NCBI RefSeq assembly: GCF_006345805.1
Contig: NC_043002.1
Span: 58,404,001 to 58,468,000, forward strand
Direction of reading: 5' to 3'
Origin: Octopus sinensis
Taxonomy: Eukaryota
Length of the DNA: 64,000 nucleotides
This document shows positions 52,786 through 64,000 of this stretch, piece by piece. The first letter of the stretch is position 1. Each line of letters begins with the position of its first letter. The position numbers and the translations under genes were made by a program. The notes beneath the pieces were generated by a model, which worked only from the letters and a program-made list of their open reading frames with translations, did not search any database and was not told the DNA's origin.

Positions 52786-55700
52786 CTAAAAAATTGTTTG
52801 AATAAATACAGATGGATTATTTTTCTAATTACAGTTTAAGAAAAATAAAATATTCATTTGGCAAACATTGATCCCGAGTACTTATGTTTGATAGCATAAA
52901 AGACAAAGAAGCATATTAGACATAACCCCAATTTCAGCAGGGCATATTCAGGTAAAGAGGTTTTAGTGCATTAAAGCTTATGGGAGGCCCAACTTTGCAT
53001 ATAGGACCCAGGATGATTTTATGAAGTATTTTTTGAAGTAGAAAAAAAAAATGTATCTTATGAGCCATCAAATACAGTAAAAGTATGTTCAATCAATGTT
53101 TGACAATTGAACACAACTAGATTCCATTCAAATATGTCAAAGTGGCTGAATGATAGCACTTCCAACATTATAAAAGAAAGACATCTTATGGCAACTTAAC
53201 CAATATTGAAACACACACAGGGAAGCCATTAACTGGGAGTATGCTAAGGTGACAATGATCTTAAAAAAACTAAATGGAGACTGGTATGTCAAAGAAGACA
53301 TAACGTTTCCTATGTGTGCCATAAAAGGCAACTAAAGGAGATTGAGCTAGGATTTGAATTCCAACAGCGTAAAATCCTCACCAACAATGACTACCCCAAA
53401 CAGACCCAGAGGTTAGAGGGTTGTCACCTAAGTGTTGCAAAGGCAGTAGGGAATCACCAACAAAAGGTGGATGCAGCAATGTGCTGTTACAGAGCATGCT
53501 TCCATACTAGTGCTGTTATTAAATTCAATACAAAAACTAATATGTTAATGTAAAGATAGAAAATGGATTTTATTTATGAACTGTACAATGTTGGTAACTA
53601 CAGGAGCAGGTCTCTGTCAATGATTCTTAAGAGGGACAATCTGGTTCAAATTTAGGTAAATTATATTTCCATACAAAGGAAAAATGTCATCATAAAAGCT
53701 ATTAATATGCCTATGTGAATATAGCTCGACCAATTAGCGTAATTGACTTATGGTCAAGTTTTCCCATCAAACAGACTGGCCAAAGATTCTAGAAAGTCTG
53801 GGTCCATCAGTAATAAGTAGCTAAGTGAATTCTGCTTTAGTTGGAGCTGTCCCAGGTTTATAGAGATCATATTGCTTTACTTCTGTATGGTAGTCTCTCA
53901 CCTATTCTCCTCACCAGATTTAACCTACCTAGAGATCCACTAAGGCATCTACAGTTTAGTCAACAAGTTTTTAAGACGAAGTCACTCAATTCACCAAGTT
54001 GGTCTCTCTCCCACCTCTTTCACTTTTAAGTAACACGCTTATGCCATAATCACTGTTGGAACCAAATACTTGTGGATTCTACTGAAGTGACCCAAAGGCC
54101 AATGTTAAAATTAATTCTACCATCCAAGAACAGGATCAGTTCCTAATACAAAATTCTATACACTTTCATCTACTAATTTTTTTTCACAAGACTCACCAGT
54201 GATTACTGCAGGAAACATGGTCAAGCTAATGTGCAGTGGCGTCACTGATCCTTTTGAAATGAAGTTGAGACAGCTCCTGGTTTTTTTATCACACAGACGT
54301 TTTTGTTTTGAAACAATTAAAACCTTCCATCAAACTTATATGTTAACTTGTGTTCTAAACACCAGTTTAATAGTGACAAAATTATTTTGATAAATCTTTT
54401 ATTTTCAAAATTACTTGAAAAACAAGTGATATGTTTCCACAGAGATACTAAGGAAAGAGTTAACCCTTCAGATACCAACCTGCCTTAGACCACCCCTGGT
54501 TCCATGATACAAACTTTCCATTTTAAAAATCATCCACCTTAAAATCTTCCATTTAAAAAGTTGATCTTAATATACATTCCAAACATTAGTTTAAGCCTTT
54601 CATTACCAACCCGGCTGAAACCAGTTCCGGCTCTGAGTACAAATGTCTTGTTTTCATAAGTTTTCAATTAAAATCTTCCACCAAACTTTAGTCAATAAGG
54701 ACTTCAAATTTTGGCACAAGGCCAGCAATTTCAAAGGAAGTTGGTAAGTTGATTACATTGACCCCTCGCCCCAGTTCTTTTATAGATCCCAGGAAAGATG
54801 AAAAACTAAGTTGACCCCAGCAGCATATGAACTTGAAACATAAAGACAGACAAAATGCTGCTAACCATTTTGCCCCGTGCAGTATTGATTCTACCAGCTC
54901 ACCACCTTAACCCTTTAGCATTTAAACTGGCTGTATCCAACCCAAACATGCCTTCTGCTTCGAGTTCAAACTGGCCAGGTCTAGCTTCTCACACCTACCC
55001 TACAATGTCATCTAAAAAATAGGCAACGGCATCATCAAAATCTCAAAGCTATGAGACAATACATGGCTAATACAAAACAATAAGAATAAATAAGTTTTAC
55101 ATTTAGTAGAATATTTTGAACACCAAAGGGCTAAACATCAGTTTAATAATGACAAGACTATTTTTACCAAATTCTTCCATATTTTCAACATTAATTGAAA
55201 CGAAAAAGGTCATATAGTTTAACAGAAGTATGGTGACGAAATTGGTAACTCTGTTCTACAAGCAGACCACCAGTTCTCTTTCATGATGAAAATCAATTCA
55301 TTAAATTGCTACAATAAAACAACATGACAGCAATAAGACTGTCACCAAAATTATTAATGTCAAATATATTTCAGCGCCTCAATAAACAGTTTAGAGCCAT
55401 TATCATGACCAATCCTAAATTACGTTAACTAGACATTTTAGTTTGACGCTCATTTAGACAAACTATCCTCCCTAATTAATTGCTATTGATAATTAAAATA
55501 TCATTTAGACAACTTTTTTCAGCAACGTTCATTAATGTGTTATACTGGAGAGGAGGGCGTAACACTAGATATTTTCATGTACAGAATTACCAGAGGAATT
55601 TCCAGGCAACAATAAGCTGGAGTGGCTCCCATCCATCCACCCAAATCAGAACGAAGCTAAAAAAATGTTCTCTGAAAATCTATTATTGCTTTATTGCAGA

Positions 55701-56892
55701 CAGCTAATTCTTGTTAATTTTTAATTGTCAAATGAAGTATCTTTAGGAAAGAAAAACATAGGCTAAATTAATGATGACCAACACTCAAATTTAAACCCTT
55801 CAGTTAGCAAAATAAAATGAAGTAAAACATCTAGAATTTGATTCAAAACGAAATGTTGTAGAAGCATGACCAGTGACATGAGCTCTAACGGATGTGGGAG
55901 TCATCTTCATCATCTAATGTCCACTTTTCCAGGCTTGCATAGGTCAGTTTGAATTTGTTGAGGCAGATTTTCTTGCAGCCAGTGCCTTTCCTGTCGCCAA
56001 AGCTCACTTCTGTTTCCAAGTAAGATAATATTTCCCCCATCGCCAGACAGGTTTTTCAAACATAACATGATGTCAACACAAGGGTGCACATAAAATATGA
56101 GCTTCTTTCAGTTTCCATTGACCACATCCACTCACAACTTTTGGTGTCCGCCTGAGGCTGTGGTAGAAGACTCTTGACCAAGGTGCTGCGCTGCAGGCCT
56201 GAACCCAAGACCACAAGGTTGGGAAGCAAGCTTCTTACCCACACAGCCTCACCTGCACCTATGTTTAATTAAAAGCTATTTTATGATAATTTAAGATTTA
56301 AAAACATCAGTTTTTCCAGTTAATTATAATTTCCCAGAAAAAAAAAATTTAAAGAAATATTGTATACTAAACTATCAGGTGCAGGATGACCATGAGACAA
56401 AGTTTACTTCCAAACTAAAAGGTTTCAGGTTCAATCTCATGGTGTAGCATTTTAGGCAAGTGTTTTGTACTATAGTCCTGAGTTGGCTAAAACCTAGTGA
56501 GTGGAGTTGGTAGATGGAAACTGAAAGAAGCCCATCATATGAGTGAGCGTATGTTTGTGCTTGTGTACAGACACACACACACACACACACACATAATCAT
56601 ACACACATATACATGTGTTTTTGTGCCCTTCACATTGCATAACAGTTGTAAAGTGGTTGTGCTCATTTCCAATATTGTGTGGAAACGAAGGTTGAAGGTT
56701 GGAAGGGCACCCAGCCATAAAAAATCTGTCTCAATAAACCCTGGCCAAACCATGCAAGGATAGTAAAACAAGAAATCGTATCACAGAACCAGGAACAATT
56801 TAGGATAGTTTGGTATGAAAAGGATTAATGCTGGCAGTTCTGAATATTTCACAGTCCAGTTTAGAAAATCAATAATTATTTTTAGAAATTAC

Positions 56893-57046
56893 CTTTTTAA
56901 AAGGTGGCCATTCTTCTTCAGCCTCTCCTGCGGAATTATCTGGTGGGGAAGTTTCTCCACTGAAGATATTGGCAGTAGAGAGCTTGTATAGGAATGTAAG
57001 ACTTGTGGTTGAAGCATCCCAGAAACGAATTGTGCCATCTTCATGC
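56893..57046 (-). CDS. lgl: Lgl exon C
   Basis: tttcag/gtaatt; GHEDGTIRFWDASTTSLTFLYKLSTANIF...EEEWPPFKK; phase 2 to 0. Confidence 0.95.
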
Positions 57047-58562
57047 CTGAAAAATGTGTTATATAAATTACAATTTTTTTTATCATTAAATACAAAGAAT
57101 CCATGTCTTTCAAACCATCAACTAGTGTTCACCTTCTCATAACAATACTCTTTACAATTATATACACACACAAAGAAGTACTGAAAAGTTCCAGGCTTTA
57201 AAAGTCTCACTAGAAGCCTAACCTTCGGAGTTCTTTAACATGGCTTAGGAAAATTGAAGGGCTGTGTATACTCATAATAAAATGTGGAGTAGCCGTTTAT
57301 CTACACTACAGTGAGACACAGTGCTGGATTAACCATTAAGCAAAATAAGCATGTGCTAAGGGTATCAAGGGAAAGAGGGGGCACCACAGAAATGGTAAAT
57401 GGTTTACAGCACAAAAGAAATCACTTTAAACTTGCTAAAATAATATTCAAAGTGGTTTATATGATTGGAAATATAATTTCAATGCGTCCATGGTATGTCA
57501 TAGTGAGGACCGGATCAAAGACTTTACAATAAAAAAAGTGAAAACTTTTTCAAATATAAATAAAGTGTAAGTATACAAAAATAAACATTATTTCCCATCT
57601 TACTGATTGTTTTGTTTCATTTTGAAGCATAAAAATTTATTTCATGGTTTATTATTGTTTATATTTTGAATTACATATACATGGGGGCCCTAAAATTATT
57701 TTAAGTGCTTAGGGCCTCTATGGGTCTTAATCTGGCCCCAGCAAAACTCTTGTGCATGTCTATCATGAGTTAGCCTTTCAACAATCTGCAGGGGTGGTTG
57801 GTGTTTCACAGGGCATCCAGTCGTAAAAACCCTGCCGAAATAGGCAGTGAAACCTGGTGCAATTTTCTGTCTACCTGCCCCCTGTCAAACTGTCCAACCC
57901 ATGCCAGCATGGAAAGTAGACATTAAATGATGATGAACACCTGACATAAACCCACCTGCTCCTGTCAAATACTCCCCTTACTTAGTCGTGATTGTTTTGT
58001 TTTTTTGTCCATTTTCATTGTTCCTTTTCTGTCTTGAAACCACATCAATACCAGAGGCAGGAAAAAAGCATCCAGTAACACACTGTGAAGTGGTTGGCAT
58101 CGAGAAAGACATTCAGCAGCAAAAACCAAAGCTAATACTGAAGGTCAGTGCAGCCCTGCTGCTCCATGGATCCTGTTAAACCATCCAACCCATGCCAGCA
58201 CAGAAAATGGCTATTAAATGATGAAATCATACGATTAACTCTTTTGATACCAACCTGGCTTAGGCCAATCCTTCTATTCAACAAACTTCCTATTCGAAAG
58301 GGATCTAAATTAAAGCCTTCCATCAAAATTTCAGGTGAATTTATGCTTCAAACACCAGATTAATAACAAAAGTTATTTGACTAAATCTTTCATTATTTTA
58401 AAAATTAATTGAAGCAAATGTGGAGCATTGCAATAGAAATGTGGTAAGAAGTGGGTTAAGGAATTGGATAGAAAAAACAGTGTAATAATTTACATGCAGT
58501 GTGTGTATGTGTGTGTACAAATAAATAAATAAAAATATATATATATATATACATATAAATAC

Positions 58563-58729
58563 ACACTTTATTAAAAAGCAGCAAAAATATCACAAAAACT
58601 GTTACTCAGAGTTTCACGTTCCCATTCAGACAGTTTTATTTAGAATTTTAAACAAGACTGTCAGACGAACAGGAATGTAAAACTGAGTAACAGTTTACAT
58701 GATATTTTTGCTGCTTTTTAATAAAGTGT
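58563..58729. mobile_element. foldback element with decayed hammerhead-like arms
   Basis: acactttattaaaaagcagcaaaaatatca pairs with tgatatttttgctgctttttaataaagtgt; arms combine to CUGU-CUGACGA-stem II-GAAA-CUCUGAG-UA-ACAG. Confidence 0.6.
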
Positions 58730-58800
58730 ATTACTCTACCTCTGGTATTCGAGTACTATTTTTTCCACCTTGTTTCGCATTTATGTGCTTACCCAGGTGT

Positions 58801-58877
<77 letters not shown>

Positions 58878-58878
<1 letters not shown>

Positions 58879-59205
58879 CCTCATCTGGCACCTGTGTCGG
58901 TGGCACATAAAAACACCATCCGAGCGTGGCCGTCTGCCAGCCTCGTCTGGCACCTGTGTCGGTGGCACATAAAAACACCATCCGAGCGTGGCCGTTTGCC
59001 AGCCTCGTCTGGCACCTGTGTCGGTGGCACATAAAATCACCCACTACACTCTCGGAGTGGTTGGCGTTAGGAAGGGCATCCAGCTGTAGAAACACTGCCA
59101 GATCTGACTGGACTGGTGCAGCTTTCGGGCTCCCCAGACCCCAGTTGAACCGTCCAACCCATGCTAGCATGGAAAGCGGACGTTAAATGATGATGATGAT
59201 GATGA
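58878..59205 (+). mobile_element. SINE-like repeat with about 62-bp internal tandem units and (GAT)n tail
   Basis: tggcacataaaaacaccatccgagcgtggccg units, then ggagtggttggcgttaggaagggcatccagc...gcatggaaagcggacgttaaa(tga)n; copies near 8025, 36680, 44050, 47260, 59369, 61250 (+) and 11915, 48170, 50175 (-). Confidence 0.8.
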
Positions 59206-60234
59206 TTATTATTATTATTGTTATAATTATTTTCAGAACCCAATTCAAGTAAAGACTGTGAATTTCAACAGTAGTAAAATAAAACACAAAAGAGTTAAAT
59301 ATTTAATTTTTAGTTCTACCCTATTGTCATCATCATCATCATCACCATCATCATACATATATATACATTGGCACGTAAAAAGCACCGTCCGTTCGTGGCC
59401 ATTACCAGCCATGCCTGGCCCCCGTGCTGGTGGCACGTAAAAAGCACCATCCAATCGTGGCCGTTTGCCAGCTCCGTCTGGCACCTGTGCGGGTGGCACG
59501 TAAAAAGCACCCACTACACTCACGGAGTGGTTGGCGTTAGGAAGGGCATCCAGCCGTAGAAACACTGCCAGATTAGACTGGGCCTGGTGCAGCCTTCTGG
59601 CTTCCCAGACCCCAGTTGAACTGTGCAACCCACGCTAGCATGGAAAGCGGATGCTAAACGATGATGATGATGATGATGATGATATATGATGGGATGATGG
59701 GATGGGGATAGGTGATAAATAAAAATATATGCATACATACAAACATATATGTACGTACCTACATCTACATGTATATATACATGCATATATAAATAATTAT
59801 ACGCGAGTACAGGACACCATATATATATATATATATATTTGTGTATGTGTGTGTGTATGCAAATAAAATATGATTAACTGTAGAGGCACAGTTTAGATTG
59901 ACATCTGTACCTCTACAGTTACTCATTCATATTTATTCACCTGTCTCGGAATCTACTCTTCGTAAATATTATAGACCCTATACTTAATATAATGTACATG
60001 TCTGAATAGCCCAAGAGCAGATTTCTTCACTCAGCTGGGTCTAATTGTCTACATACACTGCAAGAATATCATTCGGCTGCTACTTGTATACCAAGTTTGA
60101 TATTTACATAACATTGGTGTGTATGTGTATACTATTCCGACCTAACGAGGTGCCTCAATTTAAGTACCTAATTCAACTGAATCTTACTTATATTTTATAT
60201 ATATATACAGAAAGTGTGTGACTTAAAAAATATT

Positions 60235-60400
60235 GTAGTAAAGATTGTTTGCCAACATAACACTGCAGTCCTGGTTTAATTTCGAAAATATAAGGACACA
60301 GATCGTATCATAAAGCCAGCTGTCTCCTGGGGCTAAATTACAGCAACATTAGTCCTAAACCAGGACTGGCATGTTATGTTGGTAAACAATCTTTACTACA
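60235..60400. repeat. inverted repeat, about 45-bp arms
   Basis: tgtagtaaagattgtttgccaacataaca...cagtcctggttta mirrored by taaaccaggactg...tgttatgttggtaaacaatctttactaca. Confidence 0.8.
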
Positions 60401-60506
60401 AAGTACTGTTGCTGAATATCTCGCGTTATGAGATTTACAAAGAGTAATTTTCTAATTTAAAAAATATTGTCTGACTTAAAAAGGAAAGAAACAGATTCTT
60501 ACTTAC

Positions 60507-60574
60507 CCAGTCAACAACAAATCCCTGGTTAATGTTTCGGAAGCAAGTGTTTTGCCACCATCAATAGGCCAGGT
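60507..60574 (-). CDS. lgl: Lgl exon B
   Basis: ttaaag/gtaagt; TWPIDGGKTLASETLTRDLLLTG (conserved WPIDGG...DLLLTG); phase 0 to 2. Confidence 0.95.
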
Positions 60575-60810
60575 CTTTAAAAAAAAAAAATTATATTAAT
60601 ATATATAAGGAAATTAATACTGAACTATTATTACACACAAAAATATCTATGCAGTATTTTGCACAGGCAAAGCTGTGTGGTTACGAAGTTCATTTTACAA
60701 TCATCTAGGTTTCAGGTTCACTCCCACTATCTGGCAACTTGAGTTTCTTCAACTAGAGGTCTGGACTAGCCAATGACTTATGTGTGAAACTGTGCAAACA
60801 TTTACGTGTA

Positions 60811-60841
<31 letters not shown>

Positions 60842-61564
60842 TTAAGTGAGCATGCATGCAAGCATGCAAAGTGTCTGCAACAGTGTTCCAGGATTCAAAT
60901 CCTGTCACTTAGTTGAGGTCATCCCCTAAAACCCTATCAGACAGTGCTCCAGCATGGCCACAGTTAATGCTTGAAACGAGTCAGAGAATAATAGGCAAGT
61001 AAATTCAAACAATTCTAGATCACTAATAACATCATCATCATCACCATCAACATCATTTAACATCCATTATCCATGCCGGTATGGGTTGGATGGTTTGACT
61101 GGGGCTGGCAAGCTGGAAGCCTGCAACATTTTTTTTTTTTATCTTTATCTGTGTGGCAACTTGAGTTTCTTTAACTAGAGCTCTGGACTAGCCAATGACT
61201 TCTGGGTGAAACTGTACAAACATTTACGTGTGTGTGTGTGTGTGGTACTGTGTCGGTGGCACATAAAAAGCACCATTCGAGCATGGTCGATGTTAGTACT
61301 GCCTGGCTGGTCCTCGTGCCAGTGGCACACAAAAGACACCCACTACACTCTTGGAATAGTTGGTGTTAAGAAGGGCATCCAGCTGTAGAGACTTTACCAG
61401 ACCAGACTGGAGCCTGGTGCAGCCTCCTGGCCCATCAGTCCTTAGTCAAACCGTCCAACCCATGCCAGCATGGAAAGCGGACATTAAATGACAATGATGA
61501 TGACGATGTCATGCATAACAAATTATTTACAGTATTTATCATGAAGAAATGCCAACACACTTAC

Positions 61565-61782
61565 CCTATGGGAAAATTTTCCGACTTGGGTCTCTCCAGC
61601 ATCAATGATTTTTTGCCATAATTGTTCCGGTACATTGTTAACGTGGTATGAACAGGTAATAGCCGAGGAGTGTAAACTGTTTAAATAGGGGAGTTTGAAA
61701 GCAGGCCAGTTGGGTGAGTCCAAATCAATGACAACAATTTCTTCTTGAACCAAGACAACCAAAGCATGCGGTTCATCGTATT
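61565..61782 (-). CDS. lgl: Lgl homologue, exon A (first exon in window)
   Basis: ttttttag acceptor and gtaagt donor; encodes [59 protein letters not shown], matching the LLGL motif ALVVL.EEELVVIDL...WP....PYL.SLH.SAITC; phase 1 to 0. Confidence 0.95.
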
Positions 61783-61811
61783 CTAAAAAAGAGAAACATT
61801 TCTGGGTACTA

Positions 61812-62346
61812 GTCTATCAGAATCTTAGACTTTGTATGAAAGCAATTCTTCGTGCAATTCTATAAGGAAATTTAACCCTTTCGTTACTGTATTTATTTTG
61901 AGATGCTCTGTGTTTCTTTCAATTACTTTAAATGTAACAAAGAAATAACTTGGTTATTATCATTCAGCTATTGTTAGGAACATAAATTCTGACTAAGGCT
62001 TGGTGGGAGATTTTAATTCAAAACTTATGAAAACAAGACCTTTGTACTACAGAGCCAGAACTGGTTTCAGTTGGGTTGATATCAAAAGGGTTAAGAATTG
62101 TTTCTCTATTATATATTTTAACCCTTTTTTTAACCATATTTCTGTTGAGATGTTCTGTGTTTCTTTCAATTACTTTAAATATAACAAAGAATTTAGTAAA
62201 ATAACTTAGTTATCATTCAGCTAGTGTTAGGAATATAAATTGTGACTAAGGTTTGGTGGAAGATTTTAATTCAAAACTTAGGAAAACAAGACATTTGTAC
62301 TCAGAGCCAGAGCCAGTTTCAGCTGGGTTGGTAAGGAAAGGGTTAA
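61812..62346. mobile_element. two adjacent copies of the TTAA MITE
   Basis: ttaaccctt...aagggttaa ends at about 61812-62094 and 62117-62346; the right copy sits about 320 bp from the ribozyme repeat. Confidence 0.8.
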
Positions 62347-62890
62347 TTAAATATGATTGAGAAGTTTGACGAAATATATTCCTCTAAACAAAAAAATTTT
62401 TTTAAATAATTTTTTTAACAACAATAAGATCAAACAAGGTTTAAGACAAGAAAAACCTTTCCTGTAGCTATGCAGTAAGAAGCTTGCTTCCCAACCACAT
62501 GGTTCTGGGTTCAGACCCACTGTGTGAAACCATGGGCAAGTGTCACCTAATATAACCTCAAGCCAACCAAAGTCTTGTGAGCAGATTTCGTAGATAGAAA
62601 CTGAAAGAAGCATGTTGTGTGTGCGTGTGTGTGTGTGTGTATATATATATAATATATATATATATTAATCAATATAGGGTGGCAAGGAAAATTTTGTAGA
62701 ATTTTATTGCCACCAGCGGCCCAGCGGGAAAAAAATTAAATAGTCATAGACCATTTTTAAGTTCAACATTAACAATTAAGGAACGGCCATAATAGGCCAT
62801 TCACCCACTAGAAATAACAGCCAAAGCTTCTACCGCAAATAAAGATTAATTCCGTAAACAGGAGAAAATTAAAAAAACATTTACCCTGTA

Positions 62891-62997
62891 ATTTCTTGTA
62901 CGGTATACCGTTTCATGCGCTGTTTAATGGTAAACTAACCTGATTAAATTAAATCAAGCCAATCTTCCATAAGCCCTCGGATTCTTCAGCAAGAAAT
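62891..62997 (-). ncRNA. type I hammerhead ribozyme, unit 1
   Basis: AUUUCUUG-CUGAAGA-long stem II-GAAA-CGGUAUACCG-UA-CAAGAAAU: perfect 8-bp stem I, complete core, palindromic stem III, GUA cleavage triplet. Confidence 0.85.
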
Positions 62998-63744
62998 AGC
63001 TCAAGTCGGAACAGATATATACACGAGGCATACCCAATCTTGCCAAGTCAATATCTGACCTAAAATTTTCAAATCGTCGCACTCGCGCCAAATTTATCGG
63101 CAGCAAATAAATATCAGCCGTCGATTCCATTACGGAATTAACCAAAAAATTCATAATTAATCAATATAGGGTGGCAAGGAAAATTTTGTAGAATTTTATT
63201 GCCACCAGCGGCCCAGCGGGAAAAAAATTAAATAGTCATAGACCATTTTTAAGTTCAACATTAACAATTAAGGAACGGCCATAATAGGCCATTCACCCAC
63301 TAGAAATAACAGCCAAAGCTTCTACCGCAAATAAAGATTAATTCCGTAAACAGGAGAAAATTAAAAAAACATTTACCCTGTAATTTCTTGTACGGTATAC
63401 CGTTTCATCCGCTGTTTAATGGTAAACTAACCTGATTAAATTAAATCAAGCCAATCTCCATAAGCCCTCGGATTCTTATTTCTAGTGGGTGAATAGTAAT
63501 ATATATATATATATATATATTAATCAATATAGGGTGGCAAGGAAAATTTTGTAGAATTTTATTGCCACCAGCGGCCCAGCGGGAAAAAAATTAAATAGTC
63601 ATAGACCATTTTTAAGTTCAACATTAACAATTAAGGAACGGCCATAATAGGCCATTCACCCACTAGAAATACAGCCAAAGCTTCTACCGCAAATAAAGAT
63701 TAATTCCGTAAACAGGAGAAAATTAAAAAAACATTTACCCTGTA

Positions 63745-63851
63745 ATTTCTTGTACGGTATACCGTTTCATGCGCTGTTTAATGGTAAACTAACCTGATTA
63801 AATTAAATCAAGCCAATCTTCCATAAGCCCTCGGATTCTTCAGCAAGAAAT
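63745..63851 (-). ncRNA. type I hammerhead ribozyme, unit 3
   Basis: same sequence as the unit 1 ribozyme. Confidence 0.85.
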
Positions 63852-64000
63852 AGCTCAAGTCGGAACAGATTATACACGAGGCATACCCAATCTTGCCAAG
63901 TCAATATCTGACCTAAAATTTTCAAATCGTCGCACTCGCGCCAAATTTATCGGCAGCAAATAAATATCAGCCGTCGATTCCATTACGGAATTAACCAAAA

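Larger units (their letters stand above)
62664..64000 (-). mobile_element. 492-bp tandem unit with hammerhead ribozyme (retrozyme or Penelope-like pLTR)
   Basis: near-identical units start at 62664, 63156 (truncated at 63477) and 63519 (runs off the window); units 1 and 3 follow (TA)n. Confidence 0.8.

Noticed and set aside
58878-59045. Regular 62-bp tandem units resembling a CRISPR array
   Set aside because: The whole unit repeats with no unique spacers, it is the internal array of a dispersed SINE-like family, and the context is eukaryotic
60732-61230. Local duplication of about 80 bp (near 60732 and 61155)
   Set aside because: Duplicated piece of a decayed SINE with no sign of function
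47044-61782. Tomosyn (STXBP5) as an alternative identity for the gene
   Set aside because: The SFKKSLRESFRRLRK aPKC motif is Lgl-specific and no C-terminal R-SNARE helix was found
62954-63154. 66-aa ORF in the 492-bp unit
   Set aside because: No recognisable domain, an in-frame stop just upstream, and a frameshift in unit 3; it cannot be supported as a gene

Overview
AT-rich, microsatellite- and SINE-dense eukaryotic DNA whose repeat families look like those of a coleoid cephalopod, most likely Octopus (recognised from memory, not searched). Almost the whole window is one minus-strand gene, the middle and C-terminal part of a lethal(2) giant larvae (Lgl/LLGL) polarity-protein homologue. I traced 14 GT-AG exons from 61782 down to a stop at 1180; their phases join into one open frame of about 750 codons, and the 5' exons lie beyond the right edge. 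The introns hold tRNA-type SINEs, a TTAA-flanked MITE family, LINE remnants and several foldback elements. Best leads: (1) a young 492-bp tandem unit at 62664-64000 carrying a type I hammerhead ribozyme in the sense of the lgl pre-mRNA (retrozyme or Penelope-like); (2) several other hammerhead-like motifs from different repeat families; (3) unannotated microexon candidates, including a 27-nt basic one that would extend the aPKC-regulated polybasic domain. Repeat boundaries are approximate.
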